Assembly (NCBI GenBank): GCA_013265495.1
Contig: MU058337.1
Coordinates: forward strand, 5,498,716-5,562,715
Direction of reading: 5' to 3'
DNA: 64,000 nucleotides
From: Vicugna vicugna
Lineage: Eukaryota
The notes beneath the pieces were generated by a model that worked only from the letters and a program-made list of their open reading frames with translations, searched no databases and was not told where the DNA came from. Within the stretch, counting starts at the first letter, position 1. The number at the start of each line of letters is the position of its first letter. The position numbers were made by a program, and so were the translations under genes. Below, one piece after another: positions 29,401 through 41,438 of the stretch.

Positions 29401-31814
29401 CATTGCCTAACACGCAGTGGTAGATAAAGCAAGCACTTGTGAGAGCTCCTTGCAGATCAGAGTTCTTAAAACCCTTTCCTTCAAAGGTTCTTGGTGGCTC
29501 CATCAGAACTTCGGACCACTGTCCTTCAGAGGTCAGAGCCAGAGCCCCGAGCAGCAGGTGTCCCATCTGCACGGCTGCGGGGAAGGTGTGAATAACGCTT
29601 CGGTCAGCAAACCAGATAAAGATGCCTGGGGAGCAAAGCTTTCTTCCAAACCCAGGGAGCAAAATCAATGTCCCTGGAAGGGAGAGAGGAGGGAAATCTA
29701 TAGGAAAGGGAAATGAGTGATATGTAAGGCAATTTTTTCTCCTCAAGCAACTGACTCAATAGAGAGTGAAACCTAAAAACCTCTGGTTGGAAAGGTGAAG
29801 ACGGAACAGGGGATAACCAGCTGGCTCTCCTATCAACTGGCCACGGCTCACACATTACTGCTGGGGTCTCGGCCTGTTTTTTGTTTGCTTCTGTTTTTCT
29901 GATTTATAAGAGTAGAGCTGACACGAAGCTCCCAAACATGGCACATCAAGTTTAGATTAGGAACGAATGCTATGTCAGTTTATGGATTCTTCTCCCTGCT
30001 ATGAAGAAAACCCAAACTGTTATAGGACGGTGTTTGCATCTAATTTCATGAATGAATGCCCCAAATTATTTTTCACAGGTTCTTGAGCTTCCATTTGTAA
30101 CCTTCAGGGGCAGTTTCACCAGAAATATTCTAAAGAGAAGATCCATTTTATGCCTTTGTTTAAATGATTGCAATGAAGGCGCCTATGACCCTCCCTGAAT
30201 GGTCAGACCTAGAATGTTAAGTCTAGATTATTCTTCCATTGTTATTATATTCTTGATGGAGGGGACCTGCCCTAATTACCTTTGCATGTCTTAGTTACAA
30301 GGCAAGGGTACTTGTTCCCTCCGATAATGACACCTCCATCACCATCAGTCACATGGATGACTAACCACTCTGGCCCACCTTCTATTTCTCCATCCACATC
30401 CTCATTCTTCTTACAACCGATTCTCCCTCAGACATATGGTTGGAAAAGACCAGATGTCCTCAAATCCATCTGAAGAGCATAGAACGACAGACTGACTCCT
30501 CCAGCCCCTCATTTTCCTTGTGAGCCCACAGTGGAACATGGAACTGATGGACAGGCAGTGCCTCCTGTCAAACATGCTAGAAATGTTCTCTTAGGAAAGA
30601 CTGTATTGAAAATGACAGACTGGATGTTGACTGTCGTTACCAGCATTTACTCTTAAAATAAGCCACCTCCTGAAAAACAAAGGGGTAAAGCCCACAGCTA
30701 AACGGAGGTAATGAAAGAGTTCCATGTTTATAACCTGTGCGTGTTGATCACTCCACATCTCTTCAAATCATCTGAATGTAGTAACATCAGACATTGGCCA
30801 AGGGAACAATGCAGTTTCTCTTTGATATGTTTGTTCACCAAACAGGAGCCCTTGGGGTTAATCTTTCTCTTGCTTTCCTTGACCTTCCAAGATCTAAAGG
30901 CTTTTAATAAAATTGACCTGACTATGGCCTGATTCCTTTTATAACTTGTTTAAATCCCAGACTGCACTCCAGATTTCCTTGCATCTATAAATGATGACAA
31001 GGAAACAGGCCAGGATACCATTGAATTCCTACCGTTTTTTATTTGAACAAATGATTCATTATTCTTGAATCATAAAATAAGTTCTGAACTGTCAGTGTAA
31101 GGACAGTTTCTCACTAGATACAACTTTTGCCCCAAGAGGAGAGGAAAAATGATTAAATTATTTGGCGATCAGGTGAGAGAGATTCTATATGCCAGCATCC
31201 TAGCTGGCCCTGCCAGGAAAACCCTAACTGGTAGTCAGCACTCTGACTTTCAAAAGAATCTTAACTTTTTAATTGTAAGTACATTTTTTTCAGGACACAT
31301 TGTTTTTTGGGTTTGGGGGACTTTTACATTTAAAAAAAGGAAATGAATAGGACAGTCACTGGCAGTAGAATGTTTTTATGACCTCCTCTTAAGCTTTTTT
31401 CTGTAGAGGGGCAACTCCCTAACCACAAAGTTGAGACGGATCCACCCTGTTTGCCAAAATTCTGTCATCTCTCAAAAATAATTACTTGATTTGCAATTTC
31501 AGTAAAAAGTTTCCACTTCATGAAATTGTTGTTTTCTACATTACGTTTTAAAATTCATTGACTATCTGCTTTATGAACAGTAATTGTTAAGACTTGAATA
31601 GAGAATTTTTCTGCATTTGGGCAGAATTCATCTCTCAATCAGCATAACAGGTGGGCTCATTTTCTGCACAGGCCCACTGGAGCATTTGAACATTTGCATC
31701 CAATTTGTAATTATTCTGCTAGTTTCTTTATTCTATCCCAGTAAATTTGTTTCTCAAATAGATAACAAGAATGATTCAAATAAGAAATTAGGGAATTGTG
31801 ATGATGCAAAGGGA

Positions 31815-32126
31815 AAAGTATGGGATTTGAACTCAGGAGAGCTGTTCTTCAGTTCTTAATTTGCCATTTTCTGATCTATAATGTCTTGAACAAAGAATTA
31901 AACATTCTCAATCCCCAGTCTCATCCATAAGAAAGAGTTGTACCTCATAAGGAGTTTCTAATGAGGCCAAAATATACAATAAATGTGAAAGTTCTTTGTA
32001 ACACATTTATTTTTACCACTGAGAGACAAGTTAATAAAATAGTGTCACTATGAGCTTTGGGCTCAGACAAACCTGGATTCAAAATCTCACTCTAAGAGTT
32101 ACTCATTAACTGTGTGGTCCGGGCCA
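31815..32126 (+). mobile_element. MIR fragments (two)
   Basis: 'gggatttgaactcaggagagctg...' and 'gctttgggctcagacaaacctggattcaaaatc'. Confidence 0.55.
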
Positions 32127-32711
32127 TGTGGTAGGCAGAAGTATTAAGTGGCCCCCAGATCTTCAGCCCTAATTCCCAGGACTGTGACTATGATGGGATA
32201 TTACACCCATGGCAAAAGGGATTTTGGAGATGTTGTTAAGGTTACTAATCAGTTCACTTTGAGTTCATAAAAATGGAGATCACACAGGTGGGTTTACACT
32301 AATCATGTAGGCTCTTTAAAAGCAGGGAGTTTTCTCTAGCTGGTAGCAGAAGGGGGAAACAGAAATGAGAAATGAGAACAATTTGATACATGGTTGCTAT
32401 CCTAGAAGAGCAAGGAACTCAGAGTGGTCTCTAAAATCTGAGAGCAACCTGTGGCCAACAACCACAGGGGAACAAGGACGTCAGTCCTACAACCACAAGG
32501 AACAGATTCTGCCAGCGTGAGCTTGGAGGAGGCTTCTTCCCCAGAACCTCCAGGAGAGAGCCCAGCCCCCCCACACCTTGACATGGGCCTGGGAGACCCT
32601 AAGCAGAGAACACAATTGCACCTGCCCAGAGACTATGAGATAATGAAGGGGTGTTGTTTGAGTTACTGAGTTCATGTTGATTTGCTAGGGCAGCAGTAGA
32701 AAACCAACACA
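32127..32711 (+). mobile_element. MLT1E-like MaLR solo LTR
   Basis: Starts TGTGGTAGGCAGAA, ends 'cagcagtagaaaaccaacaca'; internal 'cagtcctacaaccacaaggaac'. Confidence 0.85.
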
Positions 32712-32811
32712 GGTGAGTTTAAGATAAAGTAAGTTAAGTAAACTGCCCAGTGCTTTGTTCATAGTAGAAAAAGCAACCTATAAATGTTGAACTCCTTCCT
32801 TCCCTTAGACC

Positions 32812-33312
32812 ACATTTCTCAAATTTTAACGTATCCATGTATCTCCCGGGGATCTTGTAAGTGCGGGCTCTGATTCAGTAGGTCAAGGTGGGGCCTGCGT
32901 TTCTGCATTTCTAATGCTGATGCCACAGCCCTGGGACCCACAGGTGGAGTGCAGGGCTTTGGTGCTCACCTCCACCAGTGGGTCTCAACCCTGAGCACAC
33001 ATTGGGATCTCCCAGGGAACTGCTCAAACGCCCAGAAGCTGGGGTCTACTTCTAATTTAATTGGTCTCGGGTGGAGCGAAAGCATCAGCACAGCCAGGGA
33101 TGAGGAGAATTGCCTCAGACCTGTGCTGTCGGAAGCGCGGTTCCTGGACTGGCAGCATCAGCTTCATGTGGAAGCACATCAGAAATGCAACCCCCCAGGA
33201 CCCCCCCCAAGACTCACTTACTGAGAATCGCTACCTGCAGGGTATAGGAATCTGTGCTTTCACTAGCTTTCCAGATGATTGTAACACTTGCTTAAGACTA
33301 AAATGCATTGCC
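32812..33312. mobile_element. Three adjacent MER5-family (MER5B/MER5A1/MER5A-like) MITEs
   Basis: 'tctgattcagtaggtcaaggtggggcctg...ctgcatttctaa'; 'cagtgggtctcaaccctg...taatttaattggtct'; 'gcagcatcagc...agaaatgcaa...ggaatctgtgcttt'. Confidence 0.65.
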
Positions 33313-33377
33313 TCGAATCAATACTTTCATTCTATAGACGTGGAAATGAAATTCAGAGAGACTGAGTAATTATCTAA

Positions 33378-33591
33378 GACAGGCTGGCACACCACAGCCT
33401 CTGGGCCAAATCTGACCACCGCCTGTTTCTGTAAATACAGTTTCATTGGCACACAGCCACGCCCGTTCACGGAGCCTTGCCTGTGGGTGCTGCGGTGGCA
33501 GAACTGAGATGTGGCAACCAAGCCTGAACGTCTTATAAAGATGAAAATATTTCTTATCTGGGCCTTTACAGGAAAAAATTGCTGGTCCCTG
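33378..33591 (+). mobile_element. MER58A-like hAT MITE
   Basis: 'gggccaaatctgaccaccgcctgtttctgtaaata...ttggcacacagccacgcc...aaaatatttcttatctgggcctttacagg'. Confidence 0.8.
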
Positions 33592-34159
33592 CCCTAAGAA
33601 CACACTCTAGGTCACTGAAAGAAAAGGCAGAATTCAGCTGTTCTGCAGCAGTAGCTGATGCAAACTTAAAAGGAATGGAGCGCTCAGTGGAAGGAGAACA
33701 CGGCATCGGCTCCATCCCTGTGCTCACAGGGCGGGTCTGGGGATGATCGGGGTGGCAGGGCAGGACCGCAGGAGAGCAGGCATCATCCTGATCCTCAGGG
33801 ATCTCCAGTCTGCCTGGGCTGCAGGGATCACAGGTTCCGTAAGCCCTCCCTAGACGCTCGGCTCCCACAGCGAGTCCAGAGCTGACAGCCAGCTGACTGA
33901 GGGCACCCTTCTCTTCTACTAAGGCTTCAGTGACGTTAAACTGAGCTGCCTCTATGGTTCTTACAGTTGTCACTGTCCTCCTACAGTTGTCAGAGTCCAG
34001 TCACCAACCACCACCAGGGATCACCTGTAGTCAAACAAACTAGCTTAAACTTAGCAGCTTAAGACAATGCCCACTGACTACCTTCTCGCTCTGTGGGTCA
34101 GAAGTCTGGGTGGTCTCAACGGGGTTCTCCACTCTGGGTCTCACAGGTCAAAACTAAGG

Positions 34160-34601
34160 GAGATGCACAGCAGAGAACGGAGCTGAAGCACACACGGACA
34201 ATAGCCAGACCACAGGCTGCAGTAGAACCGACCCACCTCTGTGGCAACCAGCCCAGGAAGCCAGACCACAGCTCCCGTAGCAGAACAACTGGGACTTGAT
34301 TAGTAGCTGGCAGCTTCCTTGCTCTTTGCCCCCACTTCCAAGTCAGGACCAACCAGAGAAAGCCAAGGATGCTCCCCTAACCCATCGCCTAGGATGCCCA
34401 CATCTAGTTACCCACCTCCAGCTTCCCCAGGCTCCCACCAGGGCATTCCCAAAGTTTCTCTTTTTATTCTCTATAAAGCCTCCCATCCCCTGCTTCCCAC
34501 TGAGTCTGCCAAACACAAGTGATGGTGGCTGGCTCCCTTCCCGTAGTGAGTTCTGAGTACACAGCCCTCTCTTCTCATTCAGGGGGTCCTTATTTCCACA
34601 C
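34160..34601 (+). mobile_element. ERV-type solo LTR (same family as 54411-54972)
   Basis: Shares ACCAACCAGAGAAAGCCAA (34348-34366) and collinear blocks with the second copy; has tataaa and ends 'ttatttccaca'; a MaLR fragment lies just upstream (~34045-34160). Confidence 0.65.
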
Positions 34602-35076
34602 GCCTGTGGGCTATCTTAGTCACGGGGAACCGAGAGGGGCTTCTTACAGTATTTGTCCCTGCGCTGGGGGATTCCACCACGAGTTTAAGGAAGCAAAGGC
34701 AGTTCCAGACTGAACGCCATCAGGATGGGGACACGAATCAGTGACTGGCCACCTTGGTAATTTTCAACCAGGAGCAGGGAGGATGGAAGGTGGGATAGAG
34801 TAGCAATCAGTAGGCAATGATGGTCTTGACATTGGTTGGGAGAGCGGGATGTTTAGTTATCTGGGGAGAACTGCCAGTGTCCCTGTCTCCATCTCGTTTT
34901 GGTATGACTCTGGAGTGGCCGTCTCTGTCTTGCTCCACTGCAGCCCACGAGCAGCCTTGTCTAACTATGGTTTCTATTCTGTGAGTGTTGTTCACGTTCA
35001 TTGACAGCATCACGGGCCAGCTGTTGTGGCCAGTTCTCACTGCCTCATTGCTCAAGTGGCTCTCAGTCACCTAAGC

Positions 35077-35237
35077 CAGAGGTCAGCAAGCTCTGTCTGT
35101 AAAGGCAAGAGGGTAAATATTTTAGGCTTCATGGGCCACATACACGCTCTGTTGCATATACTTTATTTTGCATAACCCTTTAAAAGTGCACAACCCATTC
35201 TTAGCTCACAGGCCATAGTTTGACTATAGACTCCTGA
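35077..35237. mobile_element. MER58-family MITE
   Basis: 'cagaggtcagcaa...ctgtaaaggc...gtaaatattttaggctt...gggccaca...cattcttagctcacaggccata'. Confidence 0.7.
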
Positions 35238-36109
35238 CCTAAGTCAGTGCATCACCTTCCACCTGCAGCGCATCTTGCTCAACACAGGTGATAACCATAG
35301 TAACATGGGGACACCACTGTGTACCAAGGGCGATCACCACTCCTCTTATCACCACCTCATCTTTATGGCTGCCTGACTTGAGTGATCCAGCCCTTCCCGG
35401 GCTGACTCTCTCAGCCTCAGTTCCCCCCAGAGCTGACTGTAAGAACTGTACTGGGGAGGGTGATCCAAGAAGCCAGAGGAGAGCAAGCAAAGCAGAGAAG
35501 CGGGGAGTCCACATAAAGATGTGTGGATAGAGTTGCATTGGCTGCCACTGTAGGCAACCAGTTTCCCCATTCTGGGGGACCCCTGTCCCAGAGGACGAAA
35601 GGAGGAAGCAGAAAACATTTATGTGTTGGCTGCTGCCGCCCCACCCACCCACAGCCCCGCCACCACTCTGATTACAGGCTGCCCCACCGGGAGCTCACTC
35701 CCGTCCCTGAGTTAACTCAGAGCACGCTGGGCAGGTCCTGCTGGCTCCTCCAAGTGCCAGAACAACAGACATGGCCAAGGTGCAAAGCAGCCATCACGTT
35801 GTTGTCCAGTCACGTGGTAAGGGCTCTCAGGCCGCACGTGCTGGGTGGTGTCCATAACTGTGCTCAACGGTTACCCTAGAGTCACCAAAATAAAACATGA
35901 GGCCTGAAAGAGTTGAAACAGTCCTCACAATGACCAGATGCCTCCTAACGCCATCACTCCCCCAGGCCAACTACCAGGTGAGAGCAGAGAGGGGAACCCC
36001 CTCCACAGGAGGGACCCCCAGGAAAGCACCTGGCAGAGTCCAGAGCAAGTCAGATGAAGCATTCAGAAACCCTTGCCTGGTCCCGCCCCTCGAGAATCAA
36101 ACTTCTCAG

Positions 36110-36310
36110 CAGCCCGGTCACTGCTGACCACTCCCTCCTTGACACCCCTGGTCTCCCCTGGACTCCACGGCCCCTCTCACTCCAGTTTTCCTCTCGCCTC
36201 TCTGACTCCGGCTTCCCTGTCTGCTTGGCAGGCTCCTGTCTCGGTCTGAAATGTGGACGTTTCCCAGGCATCTTTCCTAGGTTCTCTTTTCTTCTCACTT
36301 CAAGGGTTCT
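36110..36310 (+). mobile_element. L2 internal fragment
   Basis: 'tgaccactccctccttgacac...ttttcctctcgcctctctgac'. Confidence 0.5.
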
Positions 36311-36674
36311 CCAGGGGGAAACTTACATAGATGTGCACATTTCATCTGCCACCTATGGATGGAGCAGGCTGAAACACATGTCATTGTTTGTCAGGTGTAC
36401 CACTAGGCCCCTGACCATTACCTCCACTTCCACATCAACAGCAGAGTGACGTCCTGACTGTAAGTGTCTGCAGGAAAAGGCCCGAAATGACACCAAGAAA
36501 ACCTAAACAGCCCCAGAGGAAGGAGGAGCAGAGCATCGTGCATTGAATAGTCCAGTGGCTCTTCCAGAACCTGTGACCTGGCCACGGCCTCCCCTCCCGT
36601 CTCTCCTCTGTGAAATGACCTATTGCAGGTAGCAAAAGAGATCTTTCGTGGCACTTACCACGATCCTGCTTTAT

Positions 36675-37666
36675 TCAGCTCATACGACTCAATAAGAAAA
36701 AAATAAACAACCCAATCCATAAATGGGCAGAAGACCTAAACAAGCAATTCTCCAAGGAAGACATACAAATGATCAAAAAACACATGAAAAAATGTTCAAT
36801 ATCACTAATTATCAGAGAAATGCAAATCAAAACTACAATGAGGTATCACCTCACACCAGTCAGAATGGCCGTCATTCAAAAATCCAAAAATGACAAATGC
36901 TGGAGAGGCTGTGGAGAAAGGGGAACCCTCCTACACTGCTGGTGGGAATGCAGTTTGGTGCAGCCACTATGGAAAACAGTGTGGAGATTCCTCAAAAGAC
37001 TAGGAATAGACTTACCATATGACCCAGGAATCCCACTCCTGGGCTTGTACCCAGAAGGAAATCTACTTCAGAATGACACCTGCACCCCAATGTTCATAGC
37101 AGCACTATTTACAATAGCCAAAACATGGAAACAGCCTAAATGTCCATCAACAGGTGACTGGATAAAGAAGATGTGGTATATTTATACAATGGAATACTAC
37201 TCAGCCATAAAAACCGACAACATAACGCCATTTGCAGCAACATGGATGCTCCTGGAGAATGTCATTCTAAGTGAAATAAGTCAGAAAGAGAAAGAAAAAT
37301 ACCATATGAGATCGCTCATATGTGGAATCTAAAAAACAAAAACAAAAACAAAAACAAACAAACAAAAACAAAGTGTGAATACAGGACAGACTCATAGACA
37401 GAGAATACAGACTTGTGGTTGCCAGGGGGTAGAGGGTGGGAAGGGATAGACTGGGATTTCAAAACTGTACAATAGATAAACAAGATTATACTGTATAGCA
37501 CAGGGAAATATACACAAAATGTTATGGTAGCTCACAGAGAAAAAAATGTGACAATGAGTGTGTATATGTCCATGTATGACTGAAAAGTTGTGCCGAACAC
37601 TGGAATTTGACGCAACATTGTAAAATGATTACAAATCAATCAAAAATGTTAAAAAAAAAAAAAAAA
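36675..37666 (+). mobile_element. Young 5'-truncated L1 (ORF2 C-terminus, 3' UTR, poly-A) with 13-bp TSD
   Basis: Open frame 36769-37332 encodes the ORF2 C-terminus with the Cys-rich CWRGC...HCWWEC motif; A-tail 37651-37666; GATCCTGCTTTAT at 36662-36674 and 37667-37679. Confidence 0.95.
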
Positions 37667-37957
37667 GATCCTGCTTTATGCAGGCCTGAGCTAACAGAGA
37701 TCCCAGCACCCTGTGAGACATAGGTAGGAAGGTGTATATGAAAGAAGAATGTGTTTTTGCTTCTTCATAAGAAAATGGTTTGGAAATAAGAAAGACTGTC
37801 TGTGTGTATGTGTGTGAGGTAGAGGAAGAGGTTGGGAAGGAGAGAGAGAGCTGACAGTTTGAATTACTCTCTAAGCTGACACAGGAAATTCAGAGATGTG
37901 AAAAGGAATAAATGGAAAAGCCTTTGTAATTTTATTTTGGGAAATAAGATTCCTATT

Positions 37958-38361
37958 TCTTAGGGGCTGAATTGTGTCCCCAAAATTCATATATTAAAGG
38001 CTTAACTGCAAAGACCTCAGAATGTGACTGTATTTGGAGACAGGGTCTCTAAAGAGGTAATTGGGGTCCAATGAGGTCATGAAGGTGGGCCCTATTGCAG
38101 AAGCACTTGTGTCCTTATAAGAAGAGACTAGGATGCAGACGTGGGGCAGAGGGAGGATCAGGGAAGGCGCAGGGAGAAGACGGCCGCCCACAGGCCGAGC
38201 GGAGAGGTCTCGGAAGAAGCCACCCCGCCCGGCAGCGTGAGCTCAGACATCCGGCCCTGGGCCTGCGAGGACATCCAGCCCCGGGCCTATGAGGCTACAC
38301 AGTTCCCTTGTAAGCACCCAGCCTGTGGTGCCCGTGACAGCAGCCCAGGCAGGCCAGCACA
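37958..38361 (+). mobile_element. MLT1B-like MaLR solo LTR with a GC-enriched 3' half
   Basis: 'ggctgaattgtgtccccaaaattcatat...cctcagaatgtgactgtatttggagacagggtc...gtgtccttataagaagag'. Confidence 0.85.
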
Positions 38362-39837
38362 GGCATCTCAGGGTTCCTGAGCTGACCTTCAGAGCTGACC
38401 TTACTTAAGAGGACGTTTCTTTTCCAGTTTATTCGTGTACAGACAGGATTTATTTCCTTTGTTGAAGGGCTGGCTGAATGGAGTCCCCAGAAAATCTAAT
38501 ACTGAAAAACCCCAGCTAAGACTTCCCTGCACAAATTCAGGTGCGCTGTTGGGAGCGCGTGTCTCCTCCGCGACCCCAGGGGCCAGGCCCGCTCTCCCAG
38601 CCACTGCGGGGCAGGCTGAGAGGCGGCTGGCCTCCTGCGAAGCTCTCTGGGTGCAGCTGAGAATTATTATGTCTCTTTATGTTAAATAACACTTATTGCC
38701 GTGGACTTCTATAATCTGGAAACACTCTTTCAACAGAGTGGAATAGAAAGGCAATGTGGAAAATGTAAAGACCAGTTTCTGCAAGAAGCCTCCCCCTCTC
38801 TTCCCCTTTTGACTTATCTCATTAAATTTCAAGCAGTTTATGCCTAAGATCTCCCAATTTTTTTAATTAATTATCAGTGCCTGAAGGTATGGACACCCTG
38901 AACGTTTAGGAGACTACACGGCCAGACGGAAACAGGGCTGCCCAACCAGGCAAGGTAATTTCCCAATTAGCTTCCTTGGGCAAACTGCGGATCTAAATAC
39001 AACATATTGTAACCTATGCCATTTTTCCACAGGACTGAAGCATCAATGCCCTGCTCTCTTCTTTTCTCTCTTCTGCTCAAAAAAAATAAGGTCAAGTGAG
39101 GGTGATCTAGATGCTTGTCGAGTAAGACACTGCTAAATTAGAAGGGAAGTCTGCCTGACGTTACTCAGCCAGCAGCAACGAGGGGAAATGGGAGGGCTTG
39201 AGCTTCTGGTGCCCCCGACACTGGGAAGGGATTAATTAACGATTCTGAATTTAGACCCTTCCGGCAGCATCTCTGAGAGGAGGGAGGTGGCTGACTCACA
39301 GGAAGCCCTAGCTTGTTACTTCAGGATGACATTGATTAACAGACAATGGGTCCCCACTAAGCATAATGTTTATGGCAGCTGATGAGGGTGCCTGGAGCCA
39401 GCTGGAAGTGGTCCACTTCCCGGAGATGGACCCCCACACCATGGGGGTGGGGGCAGGATCCATCAACATCTGAATGTGGCTGACTTCTAAACCTGCGCTC
39501 TAGGGGAAGACCTCCCCTCATGGCTCAAACCCTCACCTCCAACAGCTTCCCAGAAATCTCCAACTGCAAGTCCTCAAGGCACCTTCCTCTTGGTGGAGTC
39601 CAGAGCCACTAACCCAGCATTTTGCTTGTTCTGTATTCAAATTGTCCTTCCCTACAGTCAAGGAAGGCATTACGGATCTGTCAAGCTCCCTCCATGTGGC
39701 TCTCTAGCCCCTAAGCTCCTCCTGGCTACCTCCCTCATGCCTACTATCCACCTTCTCCACTTTGCTGGTGCCGCATTTTACTTTTGAACCTGTTTTTGCC
39801 AGTGTGGTTTGAATTTACTTTCTCACCTTTTGCCTCA

Positions 39838-40223
39838 CATTATGGGCTAAGTTGTGCCCCTCCCCAAATCTGTATGTTGAAGTTCTGATGGCCCAGTACC
39901 TGAGTATGTGTCTTTATTTGGAAGTAGGGAATTTTACTGGGGTAATTAAGATTAAATGATGTCACTGAGGTGGGTCCTAATCCATCACGACATGTCCTTA
40001 TAAGAAGAGGAAATTAGGACACAGACACACACACAGGGAAGACCATGGGAGAACACAGGGAGGTGACCATCTGTAAGTCAAAGAGAGAGGCCTCAGAAGA
40101 AACCATCCCTGCCAACACTGTGATCTTGGACTTCTAGCCTCCAGAATTGTGAGAAAGTAAAATTCTATTGTTTAAGCTGCCTGGTCAGTGGGACCTGGTC
40201 AGGGCAGACCAAGCTGACTAACA
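39838..40223 (+). mobile_element. MLT1B-like MaLR solo LTR with 5-bp TSD CCTCA
   Basis: MLT1B motifs throughout; CCTCA at 39833-39837 and 40224-40228. Confidence 0.88.
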
Positions 40224-41419
40224 CCTCAACATCCTTCTAAGACACACATTTCTGGTTTTTCTTTTTTTTCTTCTCTCACTTCAACCATGATTGAGGGACA
40301 TCCTCCCTACAATGCCTTCATCCCTTGGGACCAGGAGTGATATTCAATATTTAAAACCTGTCCTAGCATGGGCACCACCCAGCCAGAACTGATTCCCATT
40401 ACAGTGATGGAGGCACTGCCACCATCTGTTAATAAGTCATGAGTGGATGAAGGGCCCCCAAGAAGATGATGATGGTTGGGGAGTTTCAGTGGCATGAGAC
40501 TTGTGATGGAAGCCATTCGCCATGGAAATATTTCAGCATGTCCACAACCTTAGAGCCGTCCCAGCCAAACCAGCTGTGCATCAGCCTGCATGACCCATGA
40601 ACTGAGCAGCTAGAGCTACCTCATTCTCTGTCTTCCTCTGTGATGGCAAAGAAGCACCATCATCTAACCAGCAGCCTAGAAATCTCCACATCACCTTGAT
40701 TCTTCCCACTTCTTTGTGTCACTGGTGACCATTTCTCTCTGGAGAGTGAAGAGTTATCACCGTTCCCAACCTCAAGAGCAGTTTCCACCTACAGCTGTGC
40801 CCTGTATTGCTAGAGACAGGAGCCAACCAATTTGGGAGCATAGTTTTGGTCTCAACACTAGACAATTTAAAGAAAGAAATAATACATCATAAATATTCCT
40901 TTTTCTTGAAAAGCCTACAGAAACCTTCAGAAGCTCTGTTTATTGTTTGATTTGAATCTTCCCTGGGAGAGATACTGCTGTTATTGTTCAATTACATAAT
41001 TGAAGTCCTTCTTAGACTTACGATTACAACTATATTCTGTTGGTAATCGATTGAGTGGTTCTCCAGTGAAACTCAAATTCAGTGTCCCTGCAAAATGCTT
41101 TGATGTATTCAGAGGTCTCATTTAGGGGGACAGCAGTAGAAAGCTCTAAGGTTCCTGGCTTTTTTGTCTCTGATTCTTGGGAATAGAGGTTCTTTGCCCT
41201 GCAAACATTGTCTAACGTTTGCTTTGCTTTGTCAGCAGAACTGCATTTTGAATGCAGGTAACAAAAATTGTTTCAGTGTATTCTGCACCTATAGCTCTTT
41301 TCATCCCTGAGTAATAATACTTCTATCATTTTGTTCTTACTCAAGAGCTGTAGCTCCTTTCTACCCCCAGTGAACAGACAGCTGCAGTTTTATTAGGCAT
41401 GGACCTCAAGAAATATATT

Positions 41420-41438
41420 TGTGTGTGTGTGTGTGTGT
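41420..41438. repeat. (TG)n microsatellite
   Basis: Seen directly. Confidence 0.9.

Noticed and set aside
36769..37332. 187-aa ORF as a cellular gene or active retrotransposon
   Set aside because: It is the ORF2 C-terminus of a ~1-kb 5'-truncated L1 that lacks the promoter, ORF1, endonuclease and reverse transcriptase.
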